Assembly (NCBI GenBank): GCA_027620445.1
Contig: JAQBYG010000005.1
Span: 1 to 52,176, forward strand
Direction: 5' to 3'
Length of the DNA stretch: 52,176 bases
Source: a bacterium
GTDB lineage: Bacteria > Patescibacteriota > Microgenomatia > UBA1400 > PJMF01
Position numbers and translations under genes: made by a program. Shown here one piece after another: positions 49,762-52,176 of the stretch; positions within the stretch are counted from its first letter, which is position 1, and every line of letters begins with the position of its first letter. Under the pieces are notes generated by a model, which was given only the letters and a program-made list of their open reading frames with translations, had not been told where the DNA came from and did no database searches.

Positions 49762-51336
49762 TTAGGTAGCGATAGCTTGCGCTCTCACTTCACGAATGAC
49801 CGAGACCGTGACAGTACCTGGGTAGGTCATGCTCGTCTTGATCTCGTCGCGGATCTTTGAGCTCAGCACGGTGACGTCATCGTCTTTGGATTGTTCTGGC
49901 ATCAGGATTACGCGAACCTCTCGGCCTGCTTGAATGGCAAATGCTTGTTTTACCTGAGGATACTTTGTTGCTATCTCTTCAAGTTGTTGTAAGCGCTTGA
50001 CATATGCGTCGTAGTTTTCGTAGCGAGCACCAGGTCGAGCGCCAGAAATTGCGTCGGCGATATAGACGAGTACTTGCTCTGGTCCAGAAAATGGCTCATC
50101 TTCGTGGTGTTGTGCAATACAATCAATGACTGCCTGCGGTAACTTAAATTGCTGGGCAATTTTGACGCCGAGCTCGACATGACTCCCCTCAGCTTCTTCA
50201 GAGACTTTACCGATGTCGTGCAGTAGACAGCCAAGTTTGACAGTGTTCACATCAAGTCCCAGCTCGCTGGCAAGCTTGATACCAATCTTTGTCTCTTCAA
50301 GCGTATGCGCGATCATATTTTGTCCGTAAGAAAATCGGAACTTAAATTTACCGATCATGCGCATGAGATCGACTGGGAAGTTGTAGACACCAAGATCGTG
50401 ACAAAGTTTTTTGCCTGCTTCAAACGTGACTTTGTCGATCTCTTGTCGGACTTTTGTGACCACCTCTTCTATGCGGGTGGGTTGGATTCGACCATCTTTG
50501 ATTAATCGTTCCAGCGAAATACGAGCAATCTCTCGACGGACGGGATCAAAGCACGAGAGACGAACTTCGGTTGGAGAAGTGTCGAGGTCGACATCGACGC
50601 CAGTTTCGTGCTCAAAGGCATTGATGTTGCGACCAGATTTTCCAATGATTTTTCCCTTAACTTCTTCAGATGGAAGTTGCACAACAGAGATGGTGTACTC
50701 TGGAACATAGTCGGTTGCACCATGCTTCATGGCGTCGATCAAAATTTCCTGAACTTTTTCGCCAGCTTCTTCCTTTGCCTCTTCCTCTTTTTGACGAACG
50801 AAACGAGCCTTTTCTTTGCTCAGTTGCTCATCGAGATCAGCAAAAAGTGATTTGCGAGCTTCTTCTCTTGTTAACTCTGCGACTGACTCGAGTTTCTTGG
50901 TAAGTTTGTCGCGCTCAAGCTTGAGATCTTCGGCTGCTTTTTCTAATTCCTTGCGACTTTTGTCCAAATCTTGCTCGCGCTTATCCATGCTCGACAGGCG
51001 TTCATCAATTCGATCGAGTTTCTGGTTGAGCAGTCGCTGTTGTTCCTCAAGATTGCGGGCGTTTTCTTGTGTTTCTCGTTCTGCTTTGCTACGGATAGCA
51101 AGTGCCTCTGCCTTGGCTTCAACAATAATTTCTCGCGCTTTCTCTTGTGTATCGCGATCAATCTGAACTGGCTGTGGTTGTTTCTGCTGTGGCTGTGCTA
51201 TGGGGATGACTGGGGGAGGGGTGACCGATTTCCTTTCTTGTTTCTGGGCACCCTGTTTACCCGGTTGAGCGGGAAATTTCTGCTTCTGCTTTGTTTGTGG
51301 CCCAAAGAGGGACGAGAGATTACTAAATAATGACAT
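49762..51336 (-). CDS. rny: Ribonuclease Y
   Basis: Coiled coil, KH domain KGKIIGKSGRNI, HD domain LLHDIGK, ADAISGARPGAR, IQAGREVR. Confidence 0.97.
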   Translation of the reverse strand: MSLFSNLSSLFGPQTKQKQKFPAQPGKQGAQKQERKSVTPPPVIPIAQPQQKQPQPVQIDRDTQEKAREIIVEAKAEALAIRSKAERETQENARNLEEQQRLLNQKLDRIDERLSSMDKREQDLDKSRKELEKAAEDLKLERDKLTKKLESVAELTREEARKSLFADLDEQLSKEKARFVRQKEEEAKEEAGEKVQEILIDAMKHGATDYVPEYTISVVQLPSEEVKGKIIGKSGRNINAFEHETGVDVDLDTSPTEVRLSCFDPVRREIARISLERLIKDGRIQPTRIEEVVTKVRQEIDKVTFEAGKKLCHDLGVYNFPVDLMRMIGKFKFRFSYGQNMIAHTLEETKIGIKLASELGLDVNTVKLGCLLHDIGKVSEEAEGSHVELGVKIAQQFKLPQAVIDCIAQHHEDEPFSGPEQVLVYIADAISGARPGARYENYDAYVKRLQQLEEIATKYPQVKQAFAIQAGREVRVILMPEQSKDDDVTVLSSKIRDEIKTSMTYPGTVTVSVIREVRAQAIAT

Positions 51337-51510
51337 AAGACTCCTTGTCTGTGTTTCTATAACAAACCCTATGAGGAAAAAATAAAAGAGTAGGAATCAA
51401 TGCGCAACAAAACTCTACGTTATATCGTATGCGCGGGTTGAGTAAGAACAAAATATTGATTCATAAGGACAATTTTACTTTTATTTTCTCTACGTTCTCG
51501 TAGGATTTCT
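51337..51510 (-). ncRNA. Structured RNA upstream of rny (leader or 6S-like)
   Basis: Nested inverted repeats 51379-51388/51478-51487, 51394-51401/51455-51462, 51402-51406/51430-51434, 51416-51419/51426-51429. Confidence 0.45.
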
Positions 51511-51516
51511 CCTGCA

Positions 51517-51545
51517 ATTGTACTGCCAATGTGACTCAGAGTCAA
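51517..51545 (-). promoter_or_regulatory. Near-consensus sigma70 promoter overlapping the recA stop
   Basis: TTGACT (51545-51540)-17 bp-TACAAT (51522-51517). Confidence 0.75.
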
Positions 51546-52176
51546 TCGGACTGCTTAATCTTTTGCCAGATCTCTTTCTGTATTTTCTTGAGTAAATCTG
51601 GGTGTTCTGCCAAGTATGCTTTGGTCGCTTCGCGGCCTTGCGCCAGCACCTCACCACCATACTTGAAAAAGCTCCCGCTCTTTTCGATAATGCCTTCTTG
51701 GGCACCGATATCTACCGTATCTCCAGTCATCGAAATACCATTCTCGTCCATGTCGAACTCAGCGACTTGAAAGGGTGGAGCAACTTTGTTTTTCTTGACC
51801 CGAACGCGGTGACGACTACCGACGACTTTTTCGCCTTCTTGGATGTTACCTATTTTGCGAATATCAAGTCTCTGGGTGGCATAAAACTTGAGCGCATTGC
51901 CACCGGTTGTTGTCTCGGGACTGCCAAACATAACGCCAATTTTCATACGAATCTGATTGGTAAACATCACAAGCGTATTGGTTCGACTAATCGCAGCCGT
52001 CAACTTTCTCATCGCTTGCGACATCAATCGAGCTTGGACACCCATCTGGGCATCGCCCATCTCTCCCTCAATTTCTGATTTTGGTACCAACGCAGCGACT
52101 GAGTCGATAACGACAATGTCAACACCACCTGAGCGAATCAGCGTCTCAGCAATTTCGAGTGCTTGCTCGCCGTAAT
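51542..52176 (-). CDS. recA: Recombinase A (5' part outside the window)
   Basis: [49 protein letters not shown]. Confidence 0.98.
   Translation of the reverse strand, partial: YGEQALEIAETLIRSGGVDIVVIDSVAALVPKSEIEGEMGDAQMGVQARLMSQAMRKLTAAISRTNTLVMFTNQIRMKIGVMFGSPETTTGGNALKFYATQRLDIRKIGNIQEGEKVVGSRHRVRVKKNKVAPPFQVAEFDMDENGISMTGDTVDIGAQEGIIEKSGSFFKYGGEVLAQGREATKAYLAEHPDLLKKIQKEIWQKIKQSD

Noticed and set aside
1-52176. UGA recoding (code 25), rRNA/tRNA genes, CRISPR arrays, transposases, introns
   Set aside because: mltG, rpoC and rplP end in TGA and RF2 is present. No cloverleafs, spaced direct repeats, transposase motifs or interrupted genes were seen.

Overview
Core chromosomal region of a small-genome bacterium, most likely Patescibacteria/CPR and probably Microgenomates-like. 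This is an inference from the missing rpmD/uL30 between rpsE and rplO, the divergent RNA polymerase and the gene content. The genetic code is 11: TGA is used as a stop and prfB is present. Positions 2.8-30.6 kb form one co-directional rpoBC-str-S10-spc-alpha-rplM-rpsI supercluster. Before it lie a degenerate attC-like palindrome, csaA, an alpha/beta hydrolase and mltG. After it comes a mostly minus-strand envelope/housekeeping block: an ABC-2 transporter with four permeases, HU, VanZ, a lamin-tail surface protein, ftsE-ftsX-M23, prfB, a DUF4012 protein, a cyclophilin, an SBP, secG, rny and the recA 3' end, plus a plus-strand operon of hydrolase, MurF-like ligase and DegT/FemAB fusion. No rRNA, tRNA, CRISPR array or transposase was seen. 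The main highlights are a circularly permuted M23 peptidase after ftsEX, the DegT-FemAB fusion operon, natural substitutions in the RNAP rifampicin pocket, bridge helix and trigger loop, and several likely leaderless promoters. Also notable are structured RNAs upstream of rny (6S-like or leader) and rpoB, an RNase Y without its TM anchor, and a probable ACG start codon. All family assignments are from motif recognition, not database searches.
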